DNA from: Candidatus Avisuccinivibrio pullicola
GTDB lineage: Bacteria; Pseudomonadota; Gammaproteobacteria; Enterobacterales; Succinivibrionaceae
NCBI GenBank assembly: GCA_018713485.1
Contig: DVOQ01000047.1
Location: 1,386 to 65,385, forward strand
DNA length: 64,000 bases
Direction of reading: 5' to 3'
Of this stretch, positions 1 through 9,600 are shown one piece after another. The notes under the pieces were generated by a model. The model made no database searches and had not been told where the DNA came from. It saw nothing but the letters and a program-made list of their open reading frames with translations. A program made the position numbers and the translations under genes. Numbering within the stretch: position 1 is the first letter of the stretch; each line of letters starts with the position of its first letter.

Positions 1-517
1 GCCTTTCAAGGACTGATGACGGGGGCAGGGCGCAGGGCCGTTCTCCGCCGTAGCGCTCCTTAAAAGCTTTAGGAGAAACATGCAGTTCCTCAAAAAGCGT
101 AAGGCAGGACGCACTTAACGAGGAGAGATCAAGCGTCAGTGAGAAAGCCCTGCAGTGATGGAGCGGCATCAGAAAGCGCGATCGGGCACAGAGGGCGCGG
201 TGATGTACCGTAAGGGAACCCTCTCCTAAAAAGACATTCTCACCTCCCGCCATCTCCCAGCCAACGCGCCCTTCTGCGAGGTAGAAGATCCCGAGGCTTT
301 CGTGGGCTGCGGGGTGCTCAAAGTCAAGGCTGTCCCCGTAAAGCTCAATATAAGTCGCGACGGCACAGGCAGAGACGCGGTAGCTTGTGAGATGGCCTTC
401 TCCCGTGCCGCTGATGCTAAGCTCAGGAGGCGTTCCGTCAGGAGACTCGTGCAGGAAGGCGCCCTTCCGCGTCTCAGGCAGAGACAGGCGCGGCTTATCA
501 GAGATCGTCACGGTCAT
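1..517 (-). CDS. Partial CDS (N-terminal part; continues past the window start): tentative AraC-family-like regulator sensor domain
   Basis: The minus-strand frame has no stops from the ATG at 515-517 (GGGAG upstream) down to position 2, checked codon by codon. It is absent from the ORF track because there is no stop inside the window. The translation MTVTISDKPRLSLPE...GIFYLAEGRVGWEM...HHCRAFSLTLDLS resembles cupin-type effector domains of AraC regulators (recognition only). Confidence 0.35.
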   Translation of the reverse strand, partial: MTVTISDKPRLSLPETRKGAFLHESPDGTPPELSISGTGEGHLTSYRVSACAVATYIELYGDSLDFEHPAAHESLGIFYLAEGRVGWEMAGGENVFLGEGSLTVHHRALCARSRFLMPLHHCRAFSLTLDLSSLSASCLTLFEELHVSPKAFKERYGGERPCALPPSSVLER

Positions 518-890
518 GCTTTACTCCCTGTGAGGCGGGGCAGGTGAGCTTAAAGAGCCATTCTATGATGTGATGGAATTTATGGGCCTGCTCGGTGGCG
601 GCGGCCGTATAGTAAACCTCCTTGCCTTCGCGGCGGCTGACGATAAGCCCCGCGGCCTTAAGCTGCCTTAAATGATGGGAGATGGCAGGCGAGGTCATGT
701 TAAGCAGGGATGCTAAATTTATCACGCACTCCTCGCTGTGGCAGAGCAGAAAGAAGAGCCGGAGGCGGCTGCCGTCTCCTAACTGCTTAAACACATCCGC
801 CACGGCGGCACAGTCCTTAACGGAAGGAAGGGCCTGCAGCGCCCTGTTCTCAAGGGTGCCATGTGCGTGGGGCAGCGTTATTTCCGTCAT
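498..890 (-). CDS. ArsR/SmtB-family metal-responsive transcriptional repressor
   Basis: Winged-HTH signature ECVINLASLLNMTSPAISHHLRQLKAAGLIVSRREGKEVYY and a His-rich C-terminus (AHKFHH). I moved the start to ATG 888-890 (MTEITL, GAGGA upstream) from the track start at 1013. The gene is divergent from the metal-efflux genes. Confidence 0.85.
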   Translation of the reverse strand: MTEITLPHAHGTLENRALQALPSVKDCAAVADVFKQLGDGSRLRLFFLLCHSEECVINLASLLNMTSPAISHHLRQLKAAGLIVSRREGKEVYYTAAATEQAHKFHHIIEWLFKLTCPASQGVKHDRDDL

Positions 891-1014
891 GGTTGTCCTC
901 GGTATTTCAGGGGGGACTTTGTCCCGAAAAGGCATTTTTTTAGCCCGTTTGGCAGGATCTGCGCCTCCGCTCTTGCACGGGCAGGGCTGACTGCCTATCC
1001 TTAAACCAATCAAT

Positions 1015-1036
1015 TAAATGATTGTTTAATCATTTA
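1015..1036. promoter_or_regulatory. Candidate ArsR/SmtB operator: inverted repeat TAAATGATT-GTTT-AATCATTTA
   Basis: Perfect 9-bp arms with a 4-bp spacer, in the divergent promoter region between the repressor gene and the HMA/ATPase genes. Confidence 0.5.
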
Positions 1037-1065
1037 CATTATAGGCATGAATGAGGATGTTTACC

Positions 1066-1284
1066 ATGAAAAAGACTTACAAAATCGATGTGGACTGCGC
1101 TAACTGTGCCAATTTAATGGAAGAGGCCGCGCGTAAGACCCCCGGTGTGAAGTCCGCCACCGTGAACTTCATGACCTTAAAGATGAACGTGGAGTTTGAG
1201 GAGGGTCAGGAGCCTAAGGCCGTGATGCAGGAAGTGCTTAAGGCCTGCAGGAAAGTCGAGCCTGACTGCGAGATTTTCCTTTAG
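1066..1284 (+). CDS. Small heavy-metal-associated (HMA) domain protein, metallochaperone-like
   Basis: MKKTYKIDVDCANCAN...ATVNFMTLKMNVEFEE shows a CxxC motif in an HMA-type pattern. The start is set at ATG 1066 with GAGGA 8 nt upstream (track start 1051). Confidence 0.8.
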   Translation: MKKTYKIDVDCANCANLMEEAARKTPGVKSATVNFMTLKMNVEFEEGQEPKAVMQEVLKACRKVEPDCEIFL

Positions 1285-1290
1285 GACAGA

Positions 1291-1321
1291 GCCCCGCGGC
1301 AGCGCGCGGGGCTTTATTTTT
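1291..1321 (+). terminator. Rho-independent terminator or attenuator after the HMA gene
   Basis: Stem GCCCCGCG / CGCGGGGC with loop GCAGCG, followed by TTTATTTTT. Confidence 0.7.
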
Positions 1322-1363
1322 GATATACGATTAAACAAATAAGCAATTGTTAAGAGGTTTCAG

Positions 1364-3364
1364 ATGCAGGAATATATCGTAAACGGCCTTTTGGTGACGG
1401 TTGCGTTACTGGCCGTGATTCTGCTTCTCATCGGCAGGCGGCCGCAGGCGATGATGGTGCGCCGTCAGAAGGTGATGCTGTGGCGCATTTTAGCAGCGTC
1501 TGGGCTGCTTTTAGGCCTGCAGGTGGCGGGAGCGGAGGCTTTTGAGGTCTTCGGCCCTGCAGGTCGCTATGTCCGCCTTGGCGTGTATCTCATTGATTAC
1601 GGCATTATCGGTTATGACATCCTGAATAAGGCTCTGAAGGGCATTAGTAACCGGCAGATGTTTGACGAGAACTTCCTGATGGCAGTAGCCACCTTAGGAG
1701 CCCTCGCTCTTGCCGTATATGAAAACGGTGATTATCTTGAGGCCATCGCCGTGATGCTCTTCTATCAGGTCGGTGAGTGGTTCCAGTCCTACGCCGTGGG
1801 CAGGAGCCGCCGCAACATCAGCGCGCTCATGGACATCCGCCCCGATTACGCCCATCTCGAGCGGAACGGTCAGTTAGTTAAGGTTGATCCAGGCGAGGTG
1901 GGTATTGGCACCATCATCGTGGTGCAGCCGGGTGAAAAGGTACCTCTGGACGGTATCGTGGTGCAGGGAGCGTCCTCGCTCAATACCTCCGCCCTGACCG
2001 GAGAGAGTCTCCCCCGCGAGGTGAAGACGGGTGATGAAATCATTTCAGGATGCATCAACCTTACGGGCCTGCTGCACATTCAGACCACGAAGGATTTCGG
2101 TGAGTCCACAGTCTCCAGAATCCTCGATCTGGTGGAGAACGCGTCCTCGCGCAAATCCCGCTCCGAAGCCTTTATTTCGCGCTTTGCCAGAGTCTATACG
2201 CCTGTCGTGTGCTATGCCGCGCTGGCACTGGCCTTTTTTCCGCCTCTCATCCGTTCCTTTGGCATGGGACTTGACGCGCAGTGGGAAACATGGGTGTACC
2301 GTGCCCTGACCTTCCTCGTGGCCAGCTGCCCCTGCGCTCTCGTGATCTCCATTCCGCTGTCGTTCTTTGCCGGTATCGGTGGAGCGAGCCGTGAGGGCGT
2401 CCTGGTCAAGGGTTCCAATTATCTGGAGACCCTCGCTAAGGTCAGGACCGTGGTGTTTGACAAGACCGGTACCCTAACCCGCGGCGTGTTTGAGGTTAAC
2501 GCCGTACACCACAATACTCTTCCGGAACAGAAGCTACTCGAGTATGCCGCCCTGGCCGAGAGCTCCTCCACTCATCCCATATCCAGAAGCCTGCAGCGCG
2601 CTTATGGCGGGGAGATTGACCGCGAGCGGGTAAGTGCGGTGCAGGAGCTGAGCGGCAAGGGTATCGTGGCTGCCGTGGACGGGCATAAGGTGGCCGCGGG
2701 CAATGCTAAGCTCATGGCGCATCTAGGGCTTAAGGCCATTCCCTGCCACAGCATCGGTACCATTATTCACGTTGCCATTGACGGTAAATACGCAGGGCAT
2801 ATCGTGATTTCCGACATCGTAAAGCCTCACGCGGCCGAGGCTATCCGCGCCTTAAAGAGCGCAGGGGTGACGAAGACCGTGATGCTTACGGGAGATGCGA
2901 AACAGGTGGCCGATAAGGTGGCATCTTCCCTTGGCATAGATGAGGTTTACAGCGAGCTTTTACCTGCTGACAAGGTGGAGAAGGTGGAGGCTCTGCTGCG
3001 TCTGGAGCCGGAGAAGCACCGTCTGGCCTTCGTCGGTGACGGTATCAATGACGCTCCGGTCTTAAGCCGCGCCGATATCGGTATTGCCATGGGAGCCATG
3101 GGCTCGGACGCGGCCATTGAGGCGGCAGACGTGGTGCTTATGGATGACGATCCGCTCAAGATCTCCAAGTCCATCAAGATTAGCCGCAAGTGCCTTGCCA
3201 TCGTCTATCAGAACATAGTGATGGCGATCGGTATCAAGGTGGCCTGCCTCTTCTTAGTGGCCATCGGTATTGCCAGTATGTGGCTCGCCGTCTTCGCCGA
3301 CGTGGGCGTGATGATTATCGCGGTCCTTAACGCTATCCGTGCCCTGTTCGTGAGACGCCTGTAA
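1364..3364 (+). CDS. Heavy-metal translocating P1B-type ATPase (Cd/Zn/Co-type) lacking an N-terminal metal-binding domain
   Basis: DKTGTLT phosphorylation site, CPC in a TM helix (ASCPCALVIS), TGES (LTGESLP) and the GDGINDAP hinge. The N-terminus goes straight into TM segments. Confidence 0.9.
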   Translation: MQEYIVNGLLVTVALLAVILLLIGRRPQAMMVRRQKVMLWRILAASGLLLGLQVAGAEAFEVFGPAGRYVRLGVYLIDYGIIGYDILNKALKGISNRQMFDENFLMAVATLGALALAVYENGDYLEAIAVMLFYQVGEWFQSYAVGRSRRNISALMDIRPDYAHLERNGQLVKVDPGEVGIGTIIVVQPGEKVPLDGIVVQGASSLNTSALTGESLPREVKTGDEIISGCINLTGLLHIQTTKDFGESTVSRILDLVENASSRKSRSEAFISRFARVYTPVVCYAALALAFFPPLIRSFGMGLDAQWETWVYRALTFLVASCPCALVISIPLSFFAGIGGASREGVLVKGSNYLETLAKVRTVVFDKTGTLTRGVFEVNAVHHNTLPEQKLLEYAALAESSSTHPISRSLQRAYGGEIDRERVSAVQELSGKGIVAAVDGHKVAAGNAKLMAHLGLKAIPCHSIGTIIHVAIDGKYAGHIVISDIVKPHAAEAIRALKSAGVTKTVMLTGDAKQVADKVASSLGIDEVYSELLPADKVEKVEALLRLEPEKHRLAFVGDGINDAPVLSRADIGIAMGAMGSDAAIEAADVVLMDDDPLKISKSIKISRKCLAIVYQNIVMAIGIKVACLFLVAIGIASMWLAVFADVGVMIIAVLNAIRALFVRRL

Positions 3365-3396
3365 CTTAGGAAGACGCGGCCCTTATAGGCCTTAAT

Positions 3397-3425
3397 GCCC
3401 TCTTTGCCATAAGGAGGGCTTTTTT
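3397..3425 (+). terminator. Rho-independent terminator after the ATPase gene
   Basis: GCCCTC...GAGGGC stem followed by TTTTTT. Confidence 0.6.
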
Positions 3426-3538
3426 GCCTGATGCTCTCTCATGTAAGCTATTTCCCTCAGGCCGTGAGCTTACTCGCATCCGGCACCGGTTCCTTTTGCT
3501 ACACTGTCTGTAAATCTGTCTGTAAATAAGGAAGGACT

Positions 3539-5074
3539 ATGGACTGGACCGGTGGCTACGTAACCGACATTCTCTACACTTACGGTTACTACTCTGAATT
3601 AAATCCCCTGAACGCACGCTTTCTGTGCCTTGTCAACGGTATCGCCTGCAGGAAAGAGTTTAAAAACGCCTGTGAGCTGGGCTTCGGTCAGGGCATGAGC
3701 ATCAACGTTCACGCCTGTTCCTCGAAGACGCACTGGTATGGCACGGACTTTAATCCCTCGCAGGTGGATTTTGCCAGGAGCCTTGCCCTGGACGCAGAGT
3801 TTACGGTTCATCTTTACGATGATTCCTTTGAGGATTTCGTCAATAATTCCGAGTTGCCGCAGTTTGACTTTATCGCCCTGCACGGGATCTGGTCCTGGGT
3901 TAACGACGCCGCGCGTGAGGCAATTCTCACCTTTATCCGCAAAAAGCTGACTGTAGGCGGCGTGCTCTACATTTCCTATAACGTAAACCCGGGCTTCCTG
4001 TCGCTGTTGCCCCTGCGCCATCTCGTCAAGCGCCATGCAGATCTGAACGGAGCCCCTCAGGGCAAGGAGCAGGCGGTGAAGGACAGCCTGACCTTCATTG
4101 ACCGTCTCTTTGCCTGCAATCCGCGCTACCTGACGCAAAATCCTCTCGTACAGGCGCAGTTCAGTAAGCTTGCCGGCAACGATCCCCATTACATCGCCCA
4201 TGAGTTCTTAAACGAACACTGGGATTTATGGCACTTTGACGAGCTTGCCGCCACGCTTGAGCAGGCCAAGGTGCAGTTTGCGGTCAGCGCGACGGTCAGT
4301 GAGAACATTGACAGCATCCATTTAAGCAAGGAGCAGCGTGCGGAACTTGCCGCCATTAAGGACCGTGATTTCCGTGAGACGGTGCGCGATTTCTTCTTAA
4401 ACACGCGCTTCAGACGCGATTACTTCATCAAGGGCGTGCGTCAGCTGACGCAGGATGAGCAGCGTGAGCAGCTGCTCTCCTTCCCCGTCATTCTGTTAGA
4501 GCCCCTGTCGCTCTTTAAGTATGAAACGCAGGGAACTCTGGGGCAGATTAAACTGGTAGGCGAGCTCTATGAGCCCATTCTCAAGGTACTCTCCGACTAC
4601 GCTCCACATACCCTGGGCGAAATTCTCGAGCGTACCGCTTCCGCGGGAGTGAACTACGGCTCCCTGGTGTCTGCCATCCTCATTCTCATGGGCAAGGGCT
4701 CGGTACGCGCCGCACAGAGTTATGACGAGGCGCTCGTCAGACAGTGTCAGCGCCTTAACGGCCGCATCCTAAGCCGCGCCACGGGGAGGGACGCATTAGA
4801 CGTCCTGGCCTCTCCCGTCATCGGCGGCGGTATCGGGGTCTCGCAGATGCAGCAGCTGTTAATCCTCGGCGCGGATTCAGGCACCATTCCCCTTGAAACC
4901 GATCCTTTAGCCCGGTATCTTGTGACCGTCCTGACGCAGATCGGTGCTACTGTCACGGTTAAGGACCGATCTCTTCCCTCTGACTCTCCCGAGGGCATGA
5001 AGGAGGCCCTGCTGCAGGCTGAGCGCTTCCTTGGCATGTTGCCTGTCTACCGTGCCTTGAAGTTATTGGAGTAA
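3539..5074 (+). CDS. Class I SAM-dependent methyltransferase with a long C-terminal regulatory-type domain
   Basis: Motif I ELGFGQG and the N-terminus WTGGYVTDILYTYGYYSELNP, typical of the methyltransferase plus methyltransferase-regulatory-domain family (recognition only). The substrate is unknown. Confidence 0.7.
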   Translation: MDWTGGYVTDILYTYGYYSELNPLNARFLCLVNGIACRKEFKNACELGFGQGMSINVHACSSKTHWYGTDFNPSQVDFARSLALDAEFTVHLYDDSFEDFVNNSELPQFDFIALHGIWSWVNDAAREAILTFIRKKLTVGGVLYISYNVNPGFLSLLPLRHLVKRHADLNGAPQGKEQAVKDSLTFIDRLFACNPRYLTQNPLVQAQFSKLAGNDPHYIAHEFLNEHWDLWHFDELAATLEQAKVQFAVSATVSENIDSIHLSKEQRAELAAIKDRDFRETVRDFFLNTRFRRDYFIKGVRQLTQDEQREQLLSFPVILLEPLSLFKYETQGTLGQIKLVGELYEPILKVLSDYAPHTLGEILERTASAGVNYGSLVSAILILMGKGSVRAAQSYDEALVRQCQRLNGRILSRATGRDALDVLASPVIGGGIGVSQMQQLLILGADSGTIPLETDPLARYLVTVLTQIGATVTVKDRSLPSDSPEGMKEALLQAERFLGMLPVYRALKLLE

Positions 5075-5647
5075 AGCAAGAGTTAGCTCTGGGATCCGCC
5101 CCGTTCCTCTAACAATGATTCATGTGTTAATGGTGCAGGTTAGTGATTTTTGCGAGTTTTTAGGCTTCTCTTTTATACAACTCGCAGGTGTTTATCCGAT
5201 TATCATAAATCCTGCACTTCTAATGGCATTAATTCTCCTTTCTTGCCTACGTTAAGGTATGCTTGATACGTTATGCGTAATTTTATCAAGAGTTAAAAAC
5301 CGCTTACTTTTGACATTGCTTGCGTTATGTGACATGACCATAAAAATGCACTTAGGTGAAAGTAACTGATACCATATGGTTTTTGTATTAACAGAACCAA
5401 AATATACAGGATTGATTCAAAAGATGAAAATCAAAGAGCGCTCTGGATTGCATTAGTAAGGTAATTTTAATAACATCGCACTTGGTACGGTATAATGAGA
5501 TTAGAGGGTCGGAGGAATAAGAAACTAATTTCGGCTCTTTAATTGTGCAGAACGAGATGCATCAGAACTCACTCCCATTCTGCAATGCAATTCTTCTGAA
5601 ATCCATCTGAGGAAGTGCTTTAGCCAAAAGTCTTTCTCGATGTGTGA

Positions 5648-6655
5648 ATGAAGAGATTGGTTCAAAAACATCTCTACTGGAGCAAGCCGGATATGCCATT
5701 TCTGGAAAAACTGGATGTACTGGAAGAAGGAATCTTAAAGTACAATGCGGCTTTGCTTAATATTCTCCTTAAAGATAGAACCACTGAAAAAAATATTATC
5801 TGGGCAACCTCTGACTACAGCTATCTGGGGGAACGCTTTGCGCCTACAGATCAAATCCTTCCTAGTGTCATCACCGGCAGACACTCCAAGGTAATTCAGC
5901 CCCGATCTGCTAAGGCATTAGAGAAGCAGATTTTGCGCACCAGGGAAAAGGCAGAGGTTTTTACCCCTTCATGGATTTGCAATGCACAGAATAATCTTAT
6001 CGACGACGAATGGTTTGGTCACAGTGGATCTTTCAATACAGAGCTCTCAAACAGCTGGACAGTTAATCCGAAGAAGATTAGCTTCCCGAAAGATAAAAGG
6101 CGCGACTGGAAAAACTATGTGGATGCGCGCAGGTTGGAAATAGCCTGTGGTGAGGCTCCTTATCTGGTGAGCCGATACGATACGGTGACGGCAGAGATCA
6201 TCGATCTCCCATCTAGAATTGGCTTGCTGGATCGCAAACTGCGTGTAGTCAATGAGAATGCCTCCGATGAAAAGGAATGGCTGAAATGGGCTTTTCGCGC
6301 CTTTGAGAGTATTTACGGTTTTGAGTATCAGGGAGATAACCTTCTCATTGCCAGAGAGAATTTGCTCTATACCTTTATTGATAATCTAAGATATGTATTA
6401 AAACGCGACCCTACCATTAATGAACTGCAAAAGATAGCGACCATCATCTCATGGAATTTGTGGCAAATGGATGGAACCACCTATAGGCCACCGCTTTATG
6501 CACTGCAAAGACAAGGTTATCAAGCCTCAATTTTTGATTCGTATGAAGAAACTGAGATGAAGATTCTTTGCTTAGAGAGCACTCCGTGTAAAATTAAAGA
6601 CTGGCGCACCAAAGAGATCGTGCAATATTATTCTCTGATCAAAGGGTATAAGTAA
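5648..6655 (+). CDS. MTase-like protein carrying only N-terminal-half (SAM-binding side) motifs; partner of the 1332-aa fusion
   Basis: KAEVFTPSWICNAQNN (motif X-like FTP at 5960-5968), RRLEIACGEAPYLVSRYD (motif I-like at 6143-6166) and YGFEYQGDNLLIARENL (motif II/III-like). No (D/N)PP(Y/F/W) motif; the expected position reads IISWNLWQMDG. The stop overlaps the next start (TAATG at 6653-6657). Confidence 0.6.
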   Translation: MKRLVQKHLYWSKPDMPFLEKLDVLEEGILKYNAALLNILLKDRTTEKNIIWATSDYSYLGERFAPTDQILPSVITGRHSKVIQPRSAKALEKQILRTREKAEVFTPSWICNAQNNLIDDEWFGHSGSFNTELSNSWTVNPKKISFPKDKRRDWKNYVDARRLEIACGEAPYLVSRYDTVTAEIIDLPSRIGLLDRKLRVVNENASDEKEWLKWAFRAFESIYGFEYQGDNLLIARENLLYTFIDNLRYVLKRDPTINELQKIATIISWNLWQMDGTTYRPPLYALQRQGYQASIFDSYEETEMKILCLESTPCKIKDWRTKEIVQYYSLIKGYK

Positions 6656-9600
6656 TGAAATCCCGATTTGGTAATGCTTTTGAGTATAAGCTGATTTACG
6701 TTTTTGCTATCCATGATGATGCCCATCAGGGTCTTCTGAAGATTGGTGAAACGACCATCAGACCGGAGACTTCTATTGATTCCCTGAGTCCCAACAGCGA
6801 AGAACTAAAAGATGCGGCACTTAAACGCATCCGGCAGTACACCTCTACCGCCGGAATTGCGGTAGAGCTTTTGTATACGGAACTTGCAACTCGTACGGTT
6901 AAAAATGAAAAAGGCCAGATCGTAATCGAAGCTTTTCACGATCATGATGTCCACCGTGTTCTCTTAAATTCCAATATTGAGCGCAAAAAACCTCATGGGG
7001 TCGGTGACAAGGGCGGGATCGAATGGTTTGAGGTGGATTTAGACACCGTCATAAGAGCCATTGAGGCAGTTAAGAAAAGTCAGACTAATCTGTCAGGTAT
7101 AGCCCTTCCTAAAGACCAGAAGCCTGTTCCTATAGTCTTCCGCCCTGAACAACAAGAAGCCATTGATAAAACCTTCAAGCATTTTAAAACCGGAGATCGC
7201 ATGCTCTGGAATGCCAAGATGCGTTTTGGCAAGACACTTACAGCACTGCAGTTGATCAAGAAATCCGGCTTTAAAAAGACCATAATCGTCACTCACAGGC
7301 CAGTAGTGGATGATGGCTGGTACAAAGATTTCAATAAAATTTTCACAGATAAGGAAATAATTTACGGTTCAAGAGGTCACGGAAATGATGATGTTGAAAA
7401 GCTGATCGACAGCGGCAAGGATTTCATTTACTTTGCATCACTGCAGGATCTCAGGGGGTCCTCAGCTGTAGGCGGCAAATTTGATAAGAACGATGCGGTG
7501 TTTCAAGAACACTGGGATCTGGTGATCGTTGACGAAGCCCATGAAGGAACTACCACTGACCTAGGTGATGAGGTCATCAAAAATATCGTTAAGGAAGGTG
7601 ATGGTTACCACACCAAATTGCTTGCTCTTTCTGGTACGCCTTTCAATATTGCCAGAGACTATGATGAAGAAAGCACCTTTGTCTGGGACTATGTCATGGA
7701 GCAGAGGAGCAAAGCACAATGGTATGAAGAGCACTTTGGTGATTCAAACCCTTATGATGAACTGCCTGAGCTTAATATCTATACCTACGACCTAGGAAAA
7801 ATTCTTACGGATAAAAGCTATGTGGAGCTTGAGGATAAGGCCTTTAATTTCCGCGAGTTCTTCAGAGTATGGACTGGAGACATCCGTTATGACCATAAGG
7901 AGATGCCTCTTGGGGCGCAGACAGGGGATTTTGTACACGAAGTAGATGTTAAGAGTTTTCTTAATCTGATAACAAGGGATGATCCTGACAGCTATTATCC
8001 GTATGCCAACGATGAATACCGTGCTCTGTTCCGTCATGCACTGTGGGTGGTACCGGGGGTAAAAGAGGCTCGGGCCTTAAGTCGGCTTCTTAAACAACAT
8101 CCTGTTTTTGGAATGTTTGATATCGTCAATGTAGCCGGTGATGGTGATGAAGAGGAAAGTTCCGATGATGCTCTTAAGAAGGTACGCGATGCCATTGATT
8201 TCGCTGGTAGTGACGGCTATACCATTACTCTGTCCTGCGGCAGGTTAACCACCGGAGTCACGGTTCCAGAATGGACTGCTGTATTTATGCTCGCAGGCTC
8301 ATACTCCACCTCGGCTGCCAATTACCTGCAGACCATTTTCCGTGTCCAGTCACCCTGTAACAAGGATGGAAGAGTTAAGCGCGGTTGTTACGCGTTCGAT
8401 TTTGCCCCTGACCGTACGCTGAAGATGGTGGCTGAAGCAGCGGCTCTGTCTTCCAAGACTAAGGCTGGTAAAACCAAGCCATCTGATCGCGCCATCATGA
8501 GCGAGTTTTTGAACTACTGTTCTGTTATTGCGGTAAGCGGTACGAAGATGAAACCCTACGACACTAGCCGCTTGCTGCAGCAATTAAAGAGAGCTTACGC
8601 AGAGCGCGCAGTATTGAGCGGTTTTGATGACAACAATCTGTATAACGATGAACTGCTGCAGCTAGATAACTTAGAGTATGAGCGTTTTAAAAAACTTGGA
8701 AAGATAGTAGGCTCGTCTAGGCCTACTCAGAGAATTGATGAAATCGATATCAATGATCAGGGCTTTACGGATGAAAAGCACGAGCATAACGCCAAGGATG
8801 ATAAAAAACCGCCACGCAACCTGTCCGAAGAAGAAAAAAAGCTCCGACAGGAGCAAAAGGAAAGGCAAAAGAAGAGAAAAGAAGCCATTTCCATCTTGCG
8901 CGGGATATCCATCCGCATGCCGCTTATGATTTATGGTGCCAACATCCCCATGGATGAAGATATCACCATGGAAAGTTTGATAAAGATTGTGGATGATACC
9001 TCCTGGGACGAGTTCATGCCTAATGGTGTCACAAAGGAGATGTTCCGAGATTTTATCAGGTATTATGACCCTGATGTCTTTGTGGCCGCCAGTCGCAGGA
9101 TCCGTGCTATTGCAGAGAACGCCGACTCCTATTCACCTTTGGAACGGGTCAAGAAGATCACGGAGCTTTTCTCCTACTTCAAAAATCCGGATAAAGAAAC
9201 TGTCCTGACTCCGTGGCGTGTGGTCAATATGCACCTTAGCGACTGTCTGGGTGGTTACGACTTTTTTGATGACCACCACGAAAAAGTCTTGAGTGAACCC
9301 CGCTTTGTCGATCGCGGTAAGGAAACCGCGGATACCTTTGCCAATCCTAAGGCCCGCATTCTTGAGATTAATTCCAAGACAGGACTTTATCCCCTGTACG
9401 TAACGTACAGTATATTCCGCAGTCGCTGTGCTTTTTGCACCGAAGAACTGACTGATGACAAACAACGGGAACTTTGGGATAGCACAGTAAAGGAAAACGT
9501 CTTCGTGCTCTGTAAGACCCCCATGGCGCGACAGATTACCATTCGCACACTTATCGGATATAGAAATGTAACTGTAAATGCTGTTTACTTCAACCATCTG

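Noticed and set aside
302-547. 81-aa plus-strand ORF at the window start
   Set aside because: It lies antisense to a longer, stop-free minus-strand frame that has a good RBS (partial gene 1-517). It has no RBS of its own and an Arg-rich, low-complexity translation typical of GC-rich shadow ORFs.
3599-4201. 200-aa antisense ORF, plus many similar ones (for example 9133-9597, 13147-13713, 17979-18449, 18529-19017, 21992-22570, 30652-31167, 44566-44991, 46957-47400, 59342-59794)
   Set aside because: All lie fully inside, and antisense or out of frame to, genes with clear family signatures. Their translations are low-complexity (R/P/A/G-rich). I treat them as shadow ORFs.
5260-5290. Possible direct repeats flanking the island (ACGTTATGCGTAATTTT near 5270 versus ACGTATGCGATTTT near 10900)
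   Set aside because: This is only a short, gapped resemblance in AT-rich sequence and is compatible with chance. I make no att-site claim.
8826-8840. A-rich run (GAAGAAGAAAAAAAG) inside the large island gene as a possible phase-variation tract
   Set aside because: The homopolymer is only 7 A and encodes part of the Lys/Glu-rich linker. That is too short to argue for slipped-strand switching.
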